Shown here one piece after another: positions 1 through 13,492 of a stretch of DNA of 64,000 bases. The first letter of the stretch is position 1. Every line of letters begins with the position of its first letter. The notes beneath the pieces were generated by a model. That model was given only the letters and a program-made list of their open reading frames with translations, had not been told where the DNA came from and did no database searches. The position numbers and the translations under genes were made by a program. This DNA comes from Tubiluchus corallicola (Eukaryota > Animalia > Priapulida): NCBI GenBank assembly GCA_030141605.1, contig JAQGDQ010000156.1, forward strand, positions 62,001 through 126,000, read 5' to 3'.

Positions 1-905
1 TCCAAATATGGAGCACCATTGTCAATTGGAGCATCGGTACGAGATTTCTCATTGCAATGGTCTTCCAAACAAATTTTATATTCTTTACGCACATTGTCTG
101 CAACCACAGGCCTTATACACATGTCAGCTGTATTTTTGATTTATACAATGCACAGTTTATAACAAATCTTATAAACATTTAATCACTGAAAAGACTAGAG
201 TACTGTACAATAAGAAAAACAATTTTATAACCGCAACATTCACTTTTTAAGTTAGGAAATGCATATGTGAAGTGCAATCAGTTGAAGTACAGTATATTGT
301 ACAAATAGAAGTACTATACATTAAACATAAGATTCATTCAATTGCACTTCTACACAAGACTCATTGCCATTAAGAAAGAACTGTAAGTAACATTAAAAAA
401 ATATGTATGACAAGTTTTTCAAAAATAGACGTTGCAATGGCTGCATAGCAGCAATATAAGAGCCATCATTGTTACTTATAAACAAGTTTATTATAAATAA
501 TTCTGAATAAACCTATTTTGATATAATAACAATGATGGAGCAGTCAAGTGAAGCGTATAACAAACACAGTCAAGGTATTTACATCTGAAGCACCCAAATC
601 AGTGACATCACAAATATTATCATATTCACAGCATCAAGGATAGTATCACTAAGGTTTTCAGCACCACAAATATCATACTCACTGAATAAACAGCATACAG
701 CGATTACTAATATGCGCAGGATTGTCCGACTGTATTTTGGAAACTACGCAAAAGCTAACAAAACAATATTTCGAGGAAAATTAAAAACACCAGTGCTTTG
801 TATCACAAGATTTACTGCAACATGAATTTTGCTCTGTAATTTTACAAGTGCCAGTTACTACAGCTTTGTGACGTCTCTGCTGAAACTGCAGCAGGTTGAT
901 CTGTT

Positions 906-3900
906 CTAAGGATTTCCCTTAGACACCAGTCTTCTAAGCATTTTGTTTGTCACCGGCCACCGACTCTTTTCTTTCCTCTCCTCTTCGGAGGAATCGTGCT
1001 CCGATTCGACATTCTCGGACTCGTGAATCGGCATTTTGACACCTTTGACAGCAAGGGCTTCTACATCTTTTCTCGCACAGCTGTAGTCAAGCTGAAATGG
1101 ATACTAAGAGTCTTCAAATATCCGACTAAAATTATTATTTTTATTATTATTAACAGCCAGTAATTTCAAATATACTTTTACATAAGTAATTCATAAAAAA
1201 TGTTATCAGTCAAGATTATTTACACGATTAGTAATAAAACACCATAACGATAGTAAAAAGGATCAATGGGCCTAGTATTTCTGATAAAATATATAAGCAG
1301 TACAATTTCCTGCAAATTAACATGGTACAATGCAATCTAGAATTAACTGCAGCTGTGCTGTGTTTAAAAAATTGAAATCATTACATTCTAAGCATTTGAC
1401 GCATTCTCTAGCCATATTAACAATTACCGGTTGGTTTCCTATCAAAGCCTTTTTCCTCACTGATCTCCTTGTCAAAATTCCATTTTCTAATTGATAACTA
1501 CTACAGTTCAATGTGCAACATATATGATGTAAATTAAAACCCATTGCTGATTTAACAGTAAACAGAAATAGGAAACTACTACTGCAATCAAAACTAACCT
1601 TACGTATGTTACTGCACTGAAAGCTGTGTCTAAAATCAGAGCAACAGCAGACAAAAACTATAAATTTTCTAATTTGGCTGCGAGCTTTGCAGGCACTTCT
1701 ATGACCAGGGTCCGATCACCCAATAGACTAGTATAGATTGCAGCCTAGGACCCTCAACCTTTAGTAAATTTTGGTAAAAGTCTGTTTTTTCACTACGGTT
1801 GTGTTCAAATATGTGCTAGTTTGGTTTGCAATAAATAGTAAAATTGTGGTATTTCTTAAAAACTATTTTTATTGACAAACCGAAAGGTAGCTATTCTAGT
1901 CTATATAATGAATTTGCTGTAAGTTTACATTAAGCTATGCAAATATTGCTAAAATATATCACGAGTAAAACGTATCCTAGATGGGTATCAACGGCTTAGA
2001 GGGAGGCCCATAATTTCATTAGCTTAGGGGCCCCAGGAAGTCATAATCCAGCCTTGCCTATGACACTGGGTTTTATCAAAACAACGGACACTACTGTTTC
2101 ACTTTCTGATATAAAGAAGTAAGGAAATCAGAAAAATCTGCCAGCGAATGTTGAGCAACTGTGCCTTGCGGTTGTTAGAAGACAACAGTCAGTAATCCCA
2201 CAGGCTGCTTTACTTTCCCACATTATAGCAAAATATTTTACAGAAGACACTCAAGACACCAATGTTGTCTTGGAAGTTCAAGTGGGAAGAAAAGGGAATT
2301 TTGAAGTGTACCCCTAAGAACTTTCCATGCAATATTGCTTAACATTACACTTGCCTGTTTGAGTGACTTACGTAATTGATAAAAAATTGATGATAAAATA
2401 CTTTCAAAATTATTCGAAAAGTGTTTGCACTGCCTGGTAAAACAGCACTGCGTCGCCATCCCAGCATGCACCACTGATCTATTGATCTATTGATCTTACT
2501 GACAAATAAAGGAATTTAAATTTTTGCTTAAATAGTGCAGAGTGAGCTACGAATGCTCTGATTATTTTCCCAAACTTTACGCAGTGTTATCTAAACTTGT
2601 TTCAAACAAATTAACATTAAAATGACTCCCACTTTTGCATTTAAATTTACAGGGTTCGAGATTTATACAGTGTTACTGCTAATGCAAGCTTTGAATGCAA
2701 CAAGACAATACTTGTTTTGCAAGTGATTTAAAATTTCAAGACAGATTTTTCAAGCTTTATTTACGGAGTGCTTTCTTTTGCTTTAAACCAGATAACAGTA
2801 CCGTACTAACATCTATTAAATAATATATCAGCATACTTAATATGAAAGCTTTATATAAGGGTAAAAGGTGTGCTTACTTTCGTAGAAGTATACATGTAGT
2901 TATTTTTGCATTTACTTTTTCTTTACGTTTTCATACTTACATCACAGTAATGATCATATAGCCTCATAACGATAAACCAAAACTATAAAGTACCAATAAA
3001 TATGACAACAAACATGTACAACGTCTTGAAACACACGATTTCACAGTACTTGGGAGTCGCAGAGAGAAGGAAGAATTACTCATAAGGGTGCCAGCTCTGT
3101 TGGCGAAAATTTTAATTAAAAAAGGAAAAAAGGATAATGTTGTGTTTCGTTTCGTATTTTACAGTCAGCAACGCATATTTCTATAAGTGACCTAAGGCAA
3201 AAGGTTTCGGGCATTGCATGCTTTTTTGTCAGAGTTTGCCCTTTTTCGTTGGCAAAACTTGAATAAAGTTGTATTTTTCTATTAAGTTAAGCGATCTACT
3301 CGTTAGCTTAATTATACCCCAGAACTCGTCAGATAAAAAACAGAGAAAGAACAGAATGACATGTATGTCAGATTGTACATGACTAGTTGATGATATGATT
3401 AACTGGTAGACGAGAAGTAGATGTATGGGAGATACTTCTTCTTCAATGTCTCATTTTGACTGTTGTAGGCAGATAAAATAGATGACTTATTAGGCTTGCA
3501 TTTTACCTGTCACTTGTCACACATATAACCCTATTAAAGGACACATCAGTGAATAATTATCACATTGTGGTACCTGATCTTCGCTAGAACTGCTGGAGCT
3601 TTCCTCGTCTTCATCACAAACATGTTCACGACTACAAATTGCTGCAGGTTCATCTGCTTCGTCGTCAGTTTCTTTGGTTTCTTCTGAAGTCAACAAATCA
3701 TGATTTAGAAGATAATGGTAGTCAAGGCACTGTTTAACCCTTTCACTACGTAGTTGCTTTTTAACACGGGCTACATTGACTTTTGCATATTTGACAATAA
3801 CTTCTTGTGGTGTGTTACTAAAACTGAATCTTGTAAATAAACAAATACTTGTTCATTTCTATTTCTACACATTCACACACACACGCATACGCGCACACGC

Positions 3901-6900
3901 ACACACACACACACAAACTAGCATGCACTTCCGTGTGTAAACACGTGGTTACACTAATGTAATGGTGTAAACAAAGTGACAGCCCACCAATTAGCGGTCA
4001 ACTCGCGAACAACGGGCTGTGTGTGTCCGTAGTATGCAGGACTTTTTACTAGTCCAGATTTTGTCCGATTCTTCCCATACCGTAAAAGCAGTGCTGACAA
4101 TAATGACATGACATTCATTTTTCAAAAACTAAGGAACTAAATTTGCAGAATTAATGAACCTACCAGAACAGGCAGCTCCTGGCATAAATTCATCACTAAA
4201 AGGAATCGATAGAGTGAAATTTGCAGGGTCACTTGTGTCCATCTGCGTAACGAAGAAATTGCTGCAAATATGAAAGAGAAAATGAAAATCCCGTTGGATC
4301 AATGACAAACTGACACTATCACTGCCATTGGCTATTCTTGGTTGACACAAAGCTATTGTTGTGAAACTAATAGTCTAGTTGCTGCTGTTCCCGGTGGCGG
4401 ACTGGCCCACCGGAAGACCGGAAAATAATGAACCATTATTTTAGAAATAACCAAAAAAGTAGCAGCTAAAAGAAACAGAAAATATTGCATAGATTCTAGT
4501 AAGATTTAAATAAAGTCTTCTTTGATGTTAACATGGTTCATTTACCAGTACAACGTATACAACACAATATAGCAGTCTTGCTGGAACAATGTGCAGTCCT
4601 TTTAACTGGGCCGTTTTACAAGCGTTTCCTGTAGAAATTTTAAACCCAGTCCGCCACTGGCTATTCCACTGACCCAGTGCACAAATGGATTGAACTTTCG
4701 AGTAGTAATGGCTTCCATTCATGATAAAAGATCGCATACGGCTCTAAAAATATCATTTGTGCAAATGCACAGCTTCTACTGGTAGGACATCACAAATAGA
4801 ATTACAGAAACTTGTTGAAAATTTGTCATCTGCAAATACTAATGTAATTAGACAAAATAATTTCTCATAACTTTTCAATGGTGCCGTCCTTTTGATCTAT
4901 CAAATCTATGGGCTAAGATGATCAATTAATTAGCACTAGAAGTCATTCTAGATGCTGAAACATGTAGATCTTATAAGCAAATTCTATGATAGCAAGCAAA
5001 ATACGTTTAAATCAAAATTCAGAAACATAACTTTTTAAGCCTACAAAATAAAACTACTGTAGATATCTTAAACAAAAACAATAATTACTCGCTATGTCTC
5101 GTCAATTTTAATCTCTTTTGTACTAGAATAATATTCCAAACGGCACTTTAATCACTATACTTACACAGTATGTTCAAATTCCTCACTTTTGCTGATAAAT
5201 ACTTACACAATGTGTTCAAATTCCTCACTTTTGCTGACAAATACTTACACAATGTGTTCAAATTCTTCACTTTTGCTGTCAAATACTTACACAATGTGTT
5301 CAAATTCATCACTTTTGCTGTCAAATACTTACACAATGTGTTCAAATTCCTCTCTTTTGCTGTCAAATACTTACACAATGTGTTCAAATTCATCACTTTT
5401 GCTGTCAAATACTTACACAATGTGTTCAAATTCCTCTCTTTTGCTGTCAAATACTTACACAATGTGTTCAAATTCATCACTTTTGCTGTCAAATACTTCG
5501 TTTAGTAGCTTCAGATTTTCTTTTTCATATCTGCTCACTTCACGTTGCAAATAGGTAACTTGATGCCTCTGAATTACTGCCTAAAATTACAGACGCCACG
5601 TCAAAAAGTGAAAATTTAATTATAAAAAAGCCAGCAAGCACATAGTAAAGTTGAATGATAGTGAAGTAACTATTCTCACTTGCTCAATTCATGGCTATAC
5701 TGTTACAGTACAAGTACAATTTTAAGTCTAGCTCTGGGTCATGTTTTGTAAAATAACACATTAGCATCAATAACAATCTCAAAATTGAAAAAAAAATCGT
5801 ATGATGAAATGACGGCTACCTCGTGTTCATTCAGCTGTTGATTAATCAGAAAACGTCGAACGTATTTGTGAAGATGAGAAATTGCTTTCTGTAACATACA
5901 TATTAACATTTGTTAGTAAAACTAGTGTCTTTATTACTCTACAATACTGTACAGTATCAAATGTGCCAGTATTTACATAATTTTTTATTAATGTTTGCCT
6001 GTGAATTGAACCTATAACCTCTCAGGCGTAAAGCAAGCATGTTATCATCATATTAGGCCACCTGATAGTGTCCAAGCATTTCTGACCACTACTTTTCCTC
6101 ACCTCCGTATTTAATTTCATGCCTTTAGGACCAGTTAGTGGCGGCTCGTACCTAAAATTACTGGGGGGCTGCTTCAGAAAAGTTTTAGTCATTGTTTTAA
6201 TACTGTGTAAAACGAAACAAAAATGTGTAATTTTAAAGTTGTAATTTGTAATTGCAACTAGAAACAAACAAACATATGAAAATTTATACATAAACTTAAT
6301 AAAATCCTAAACAAAAAATATTGTTTGCTTGCGAATAGCCTAAATTGTCGCAGTTCAAGAATATTTAAGCAGGTGACAACTGACAACACACACTGCGTGA
6401 GTGACAGTACTTTCTCTGCCTAAAGTGCAGCATCTTATCTCAGACATGGACACATGGCCGCATGCGCACAACAGCCAAATACTACGTTGCTTGAGTTGTG
6501 AGTGCACTGTACTGGGCTGTGTAGCAAACAGTATTATCCTCACGTGCTCTGGACCATATAAGCATAAAGGAAGAACTAAAGGAGAGAGACTTATTATACT
6601 GAATATCATTGAGCGAAAATAGGGGATGCTGCAGTTCCACAGTACCTATACACGAGCCGCCACTGGGACCAGTAAACAGAAGACCACAAACAACAGCTGC
6701 ACAGTGTCTGTTGCCTGTTTAACGTTGATCATTTTGATGAGGTGAAAGGTCAGACATCTCTCCCTCACATTTTGATAGATGCCAAAGAAAATTAAAAACA
6801 GTTAAAGCAAAATTCAGCATAATTCAGATAACATACTGTTAAGAGCCAGCACGGCTCTAGCATAACGACAATACTGAACTTTAGTGACGATTTAAATGAT

Positions 6901-9900
6901 TTGGTGTCTAATCATCTTGCTACTATGTTGTTTGTGTTATTTGTTAAATTACATGTTAAAATGTGCAAATATTTAGTCATATGTCATCATCCAACTAGGA
7001 AATTAAGCACTCACCCAGCCCTTAAAGCATTGTTAATATAAAAGCCTAATTTTGCTCAATGACTCACTGACACAGAAGAAGAAAGGTTTCTTACGCTGAA
7101 AGACTGCTATGATAGGTGCTTATTGCATCTGTTTACAAAGTCTTCCCAAACAAGGAGGACAAGTGGCCAGTCTGTCACTTGGTCGCCTTTTTCCCCCAGT
7201 AAATGATCAGGCACTCAATTAAGACTTAGTAAGTGCTAAGAAAAGCAACGAGACAGTCTTGCTCATGTAGTAAATGATTTAAGTGAGACTCGATTATAGA
7301 ACATCTGAAATTCCAAAGCCATTAGGACAGCACACCTTTCCAATGCATGCTTATTGGAATTCCTAATCTAATAAAGGTAAATCTTTAACACAAATAGACC
7401 AGAAGGAACTGAGAAGTAAGTTCAACAGGAGCTAAACATACATCACTGGCCATTTCTTTCCGCAAAGCAATGGAGTCTGTCGTCCACTGGGCAATTTCGG
7501 CTTTTGATTGTCTGAGAATTTTATTCAAGAAGTCTAGCGTGTCCTCATACTCTAGGATTATATCATGGAGTTCTTTTTCTAAACTCTGAAAAATAGAGTT
7601 TATAAAATAATTAGCCACACGTGCCAAAACCTAAAAAAAGAAAGAATATCTGGACTGCAACAAATTCAAAATTCAACACAGTCTGCAGTCTGTCAGGTGC
7701 TTCATAGTTTAGTGAAATAAGTCTGAACGAACACTTAACCAGGGAATCGAGAAAATTTTAAAAACACGTATTATCTCTACTGAAGGAAAGCACGTGACCA
7801 TGGAGAATAAACTTAAAGGAAAAGCCAAGCCACCTGGGAACTCAGGCTTATTTCATTAATCGCAATAAATGTTAGAAGAATTTAGTAGAAAAAGTATGAT
7901 AAATGTGCTGTATAATTAGCAAAATCACTTTAAAGTTCCGATCATTCCACGTTTTGGCGCTCAAATTTTGCACAAAATGACATCACTCGTCTAATGAAGA
8001 AAAGCAGAGCACTGTCAATTTCCATCAAAAAGTGAATTTTTTACAAAAATATAGATAGCTAAATTAAAGGAACTGAAGCTCAAACTTTGCTTTTAACATT
8101 TGAATAGTTTTTTTTTGTATTGCAAGTATTACGAATTTAATTAATTAATGTTCACTAATTAGCATATAAGTCATCTAATATTACCTTGCCTATGGTGATG
8201 ATAGAAGATTTACTTAAGACATTAAAAACCATGTGACTGTTAATATGTATAAGCAAATAATCTATTATTTTTAAGCAGTAAGTACTTTCCGAAATGCACA
8301 CACGATCCATTTCATTTGCTCAATGTGCATTTAAAAGATGTAATAATCATCAACACCTCTACCATCACCATCAACAGCAGCAGCAGCAGCAGCAGCAAAA
8401 CACCACCAATGCAGTAAACGACACCAACAGCAACAATGCTTACTTCAATTTGTTCTGCATGTCTGATGCTAACGTTATCCCTGTAGTCTATCCAAATGTC
8501 GCACTCATTTCTCTTTTCATCAATGTCGTCATTGAATTTCTTTAATTCATCTTTGAGCTCTGCAAATATAGCAAGAAGTACCAGTGAAATATAGAATTCT
8601 GTATGATGGTTCAAACTCACATCAGTAAATGGTCATAAACCGACTCATAACTGTAAGAAGAAAGAAAGAAATAAAAAACAAGATTTTTTCAAAATAGAAT
8701 AATATTGCTGACCAGTTTCAAACAATTACTGTTTATTTCCAAGGCATCTAAAAACAAAGAAGTTTCACCTTATTTCTTTGTTTTTTAAAAATCCCTTGAA
8801 AGGTAAAATTTGTGTGAAATAGATGCCTGAAAATGAGCAGCAATTGTTCAAAACCGGTCGGCAATAAAATTCCATTTTGAAGAAGTTATATGTACTTGCC
8901 AAATATGGATAATTCTGAAAACAAGATTTACGAAAAAATATCTAAGAAATTAGTTAATAAAATTAACATAAGCGAGAATCTGTCTTTGCATACAACATGT
9001 AGTAGCTACTGTAATTTGAAAAAACAAAATTTTAAGCGATTAAACATTTCAAAATTGACATACCACGAAGCCATTTCTGGATATTTCTCTCTGTCTCCCA
9101 CTTGTCATGCAAAGCTTGGTCAACTAACTCATCTCCCTCCTCAGTTGCTAGATCTAGTTCCTTGTTTTTATCCTTGATTTGCTTCAGTGCCACTTTCATC
9201 CTATTTTTTTGTTCCTCCTTGAAATTTTCAAACTAGTAAACAAAACAAACATTTGCGAGCAAGTTAACATTTGCAATGCTTGTCACTGAATTATAAAGCA
9301 AGACAGACATCATACAAAAAACTGTATATACCGTATTTTCCCGTGTATAAGAGACCCTTTTTTGCTCAGAATTTTCACTTTAAAAATAAGGGGTCTCTTA
9401 TACATGGGAGTAAGTCTTTTCAATAAGATGCATAAATTGTGACACCAATGATTTTAAAGAAATAAGAGCTCTACAACTGTTTTATTTCGAATAATTATAG
9501 TTTCCTTTCAATAAATCTTCTCCATGGCTAAATTCTAATGATAAAATTAATGTACCGGGTAAGTTATTATTTTTTTAAATGTCAAAAGAGGACAATGCCA
9601 TTTTTGAGCAGAGTGACTCCTCTGATGATGAACTGGCTGGAATTGCTGAAGGTCTGACTCCAGTTGATATTTTTGATGAGAGTGATGAGGAATTTAATGA
9701 TTTCTATGATGAATAAAGTTATTCATTACCAAAAAACTTTTTTCCAGAATTTTTGCCTAAAAATTGAAGGGGTCTCTTATACACAAGGGTCTCTTAAACA
9801 TGGGAAAATACGGTATTTTACAAGCTCAGTACGTTTCAATTTGATTCAAACAAGTTTCTTTAGCTCAAATTCAATTCCAACCTAAAATTACACATTTGAA

Positions 9901-11701
9901 AAATTCAAAACTGCAATTACATACGTCCTTTATTATTAAAACGTTTGACACATCATGAATCAGCAGAATTTAACTGCCATTTCTGTGCATAATTTCTAAA
10001 CAAATTATCAGTGTTTTTGCTGCAGAACAAAATCAAGTAAAACATACAACCTTTATGAGACCACTTTTTATTAATGAGTTCAAAATTTATTAAAAAATGT
10101 TTGGAAATCCATTCAGATTTTAAAATACTGAAATTCAGTTTGATGCAAGTTCAAAAATGTCACAAATTCGATTCGATTCCAATTTGTTATCTAGCACACA
10201 GCGTTCATCCCTAAGCCCAAGTGTATGAAAAGTGTGAAAACAAACCTCGTTTTTGAACTTCTCAATAAATGCCAGTAAAAAAGTCCTTTCATCATTTGTA
10301 TTTTCTAAGTCCTTCTTTGCCTGGTTTATTCTATAAAATCATCAACTTAACTGAAGTAAACTAGCAAGCACATACGAACATATTAAAGCGATGTTAACAT
10401 AACATAATATTAAGATGAAATTGCAAGAAGTTTTTGGAGTTTTTACATAACCTATTTCATGTTGTATCAACACAACATACAGACCAGCATACCCGTATTT
10501 ACTCATTTTAGGGCCCAGGCTGTTATTTTATTCATTCACGCTAACTACCAGGCCCTTATCAGAATGGGCGCATATGCAAACTCAGTGAACAAGCTGCTTA
10601 CTATTTAACTAAAAGTGGAAGAAAATGTAATTTTAAAGTATGTCCCAAAAAAGCTTTCCACCCAAAGTTATATTACTTAGCATTAGGCTTACAAGCCTGA
10701 CAGACATGTGTAAATAGAAAAGAAAAATCTCATTAATTTAAAATGTTTCGCCAACTTTCCCAGTGTGCTTTTGTTAAGTTAGTGAAGTGTGTGTTATAAA
10801 TGCTCAGATTATTTTTTCAAACTTCATGCAATGTTTTATAAACTTGTTTCAAACGACCTACCATCAAAATGACTGGGGCCCTGTGGGAATTGTCAAAGTT
10901 TAAATGTTCAAGTTTTATACAGCGTTGCTGCTAATGCAATCTCTATGTGTTACAAATATTCAAGATGTTTTTTAGGTTTATGTAAGCAAAGTCTTTAACC
11001 CAATGAATGAATTGGCAAATAACCCAATGAAGTGCCATATTACTGAACTTAACTTATTAGAACATTTTTCCATGCAAATGGCTTTACAAAGACTGAGTAT
11101 AATCTGTGCATCAGTGCTGCGCATAACTGCCTGGCTGAATGACACAAGTTAAGACGCGACAGAAGGAAGTACAGTAGACTCTTCCTTGATTCACAGAAAC
11201 TGTTTAATATTGTCAATACACGCTTTCTGTCACAATTACAAAACAATAAGCAACTAATGAAAAAATTATCTTAGAACTAGTGAATTATTCTAGAACTGAT
11301 CTCTTCACTAAGGCATTAACAGGCAGGCATATCTAGACACGTATATGCAGACATTTAATAGACATGTATGCCTGAATGTTTTAAATCTGATTGCAGAATC
11401 AGTACCAGTAAAATTTCACACAAGTTGAGACTGATATGCTGCATTTTTCAATATAATGATGTTTCAAACACAAGTGCATGTAATGTCTTTCTTTTGTTTC
11501 CGCAGAGTAAATATTCAGACAAACTCTAAAACGAGTAAATATGTAATTGTTAATTCCAATGCAGCCGAGAAAACGAATCATTATGCATGTGATGCACACT
11601 TACTGATACGTAAGAATGATTTCTGTTGAACTTTGTTTGATCCCACGTTGCTTCTTCTTCTTCTTTTTCTTCTTTCCTAATTGAACAGGACTCTTTCCCA
11701 T
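906..11701 (-). CDS. CCDC83: Coiled-coil domain-containing protein 83-like, 10 coding exons, ~398 aa
   Basis: Minus-strand exons with GT-AG ends and continuous phase: 11604-11701 (ATG, MGKSPVQLGKKKKKKKKQRGIKQSSTEIILTYQ), 10246-10330, 9064-9232, 8444-8559, 7442-7585, 5820-5888, 5459-5580, 4164-4261, 3574-3683, 906-1091 (TAG); 1197 nt total. Motifs FKEEQ, VDQALHDKWETER, ECDIWIDYRDNVSIRHAEQI, YEKENLKLLNEV..NFFVTQ, LAVKGVKMPIH, WPVTNKML match CCDC83 motifs as I recall them, in the same order. Confidence 0.82.
1706..2056. mobile_element. hAT-type MITE (family also at ~25570-25830 and 47132-47491)
   Basis: Ends CAGGG../..CCTTG; 8-bp flanking near-duplication TCTATGAC/CCTATGAC; internal sequence recurs near 25600-25830 and inverted at 47132-47491. 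Confidence 0.7.
3874..3915. repeat. (CA)n microsatellite
   Basis: Interrupted CA run. Confidence 0.9.
4392..4659. mobile_element. hAT-type MITE
   Basis: TIRs CGGTGGCGGACTGG / CCAGTCCGCCACTG; 8-bp TSD GCTGTTCC / GCTATTCC (7/8). Confidence 0.78.
5157..5498. repeat. 42-bp tandem repeat x8 spanning an exon/intron boundary
   Basis: Unit ACTTACACAATGTGTTCAAATTCATCACTTTTGCTGTCAAAT; 342 bp = 8x42 + 6. On the minus strand each unit is the end of exon 5459-5580 plus the donor GTAAGT. Confidence 0.95.
6136..6665. mobile_element. hAT-type MITE with perfect 8-bp TSD
   Basis: TIRs TAGTGGCGGCTCGT / ACGAGCCGCCACTG; identical GGACCAGT at 6128-6135 and 6666-6673. Confidence 0.88.
8375..8397. repeat. (CAG)n microsatellite in CCDC83-like intron
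   Basis: CAG x7-8, lying within the intron ~50 bp beyond the donor at 8443. Confidence 0.9.
9331..9813. mobile_element. pogo/Tc1-mariner-type MITE with TA TSD
   Basis: TIRs CCGTATTTTCCCGTGTATAAGAGACCCT / AGGGTCTCTTAAACATGGGAAAATACGG, flanked by TA on both sides; subterminal GGGGTCTCTTATAC repeats. Confidence 0.85.
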
Positions 11702-13032
11702 CTTGAATCTTTTGACACGACCTGTGAAACAATATTACATTGTAAGGAAATTTTACTTAAGCTCCAAAAAGTATTTAAATGTCCAAGCCCAGAATTCTGT
11801 AACATCTTGTTATCCAAATCCCAAAATATGATAACCTAATGCTGCAGCTTTTGAAAAGCACAAAATATGCAAAAGTGAACGGTAAAAAAATACACGGAAT
11901 GTCCATTTAATGAAAGCACATCTAAGGCTGCTCTAAAAATTTGTTCTATCTTAATTCAAGGCATCCTGATTCAAACTTAAAATGTGTGCCTGCATAGCAA
12001 GATTGTTCATAAATCTGCAATTAAGTTTTTTTTAGTTATTCACATATCCCGAATCTCCACTTCATGAGGATCATTATAATACCAAGCTCACCGCTCTATC
12101 TTATTTCTAAGTCGAGATAATCCACATTGAAGTTGAGGTGCACGCTACATTGAGAAAATCGCCGTTAAAGTTAGCCATTGTTTTTTGTCGCATTTAGCAA
12201 CTGCACAAAAGTTGGTTACAAAAGACTTTGCAAGAGCACAATGAAATAATGTTTAATCCAGTAGATGGCTCTTCCCGTTGAAGATCTGGGCTTGGCAACA
12301 GAAAAAAACTGAAACAAAGTCACAGCTTCCAGGAGCTACTATCGGAGTTTGAACATAATTTTTTTTACAATTGCAGGACTAGTTTCTGGACAGAAAAGTG
12401 GGTAAAGAGTTATAAAATTAAATTTTTGGTGTTTTTGAACACTTTCTTGATAATTTGTTGCGTAGAATATAAAAGTCCAATATATTTAGTGCTGGTTTTT
12501 ATAAAATACGAAAAATTGATATTTGACCATATAAATTTTTGCATCATTCTACCTCGAATATTATAACACAGTTTACAGACCGACTTATGGACGGGATTGG
12601 TATGCAAGCACACAAATTTAACCTGCCACACTAGTTTACAGTTACAGTAGTAAACTCAAAAACTCAAAACTCAAAAAAAAATTTAATTATAAATTCAATA
12701 TAAATACAAAATTATGGATTCAAATAATTCAACATCCAACTGCATAAGTTTTTTAACATCAAAACGTTTAAAACATGATGCAATCAACACAATTTTGCTT
12801 TGGTTTCTGAGCACATTTTTTAAACAAAGTATTAGTGTTTTTTACAGCAGAACAGAATAAAGCAAATATAGGCATGAGGTTTGTGTGACTGTTTTCTAAT
12901 GATTCAACAATTTACTAATCTCTAAAGCGGAATTCAAATTCAATTCAAATTTGAATTCGCTTTCTCAACCGCTAATAGTTAGATGGACAGTGTCTACAAA
13001 ATCCTGCTTATAATAAAGACAACAGTGGCTAC

Positions 13033-13492
13033 CAGGGGCGGCAAAAGGGTGAGATGACCTGGGCGATTGCCTAGAGCCTCGTTCTTTGACCATCAAATTT
13101 TTTTATGTTTCCTACCTGCTTACAGCTCATAGCGCAGGTGATTGTGAGTGATTTCGCCTCAAGGAAAGCTGAAAAGTTAACTTAAAACAATGAAGTAAAA
13201 TACTTCAATATATTCATGTTTGTTTTTGGAATACAGGAATACAATGTATACAGTTTAGTGGGCTCTAAAGAACTGAAATAAAACTTCTAAATGTGAATGA
13301 ATAATGTTCTCTTCCTTTTAGCTAGGAAATACACTTTAATTGTCTTAAAATTCAAGAATTTTACCTTATTTTTCAAAAATATTCAGACGGCTTCATTCCC
13401 TAACCCCCCTCCACTAGGTGTTCTGCCCTGGACCCTGTTGTGGACTTAGCCACCAAAGCACCTCGGGGTCGCATTTCCTCTCATCGGCCCTG
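13033..13492. mobile_element. hAT-type MITE
   Basis: Ends CAGGGGCGG../..TCGGCCCTG; 8-bp TSD GTGGCTAC / GTGGCTGC. Confidence 0.72.

Noticed and set aside
5089-5122. Possible micro-exon on the minus strand (TTCTAG|...|GTAATT)
   Set aside because: Introduces a stop in the required phase; direct 5459-4261 splicing is in frame and matches recalled CCDC83 spacing.
5148-5554. Three repetitive ORFs; possible CRISPR-like array
   Set aside because: Head-to-tail 42-bp tandem with no unique spacers, in a eukaryotic intron; only the exon portion 5459-5580 is coding.
8294-8545. Poly-Gln/His ORF on the plus strand
   Set aside because: Intronic CAG microsatellite antisense to a CCDC83-like exon.
12265-12300. 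Minus-strand CCAAGCCCAGAU resembling a decayed twister P4
   Set aside because: Too short and diverged; P2 and pseudoknot pairings cannot be established.
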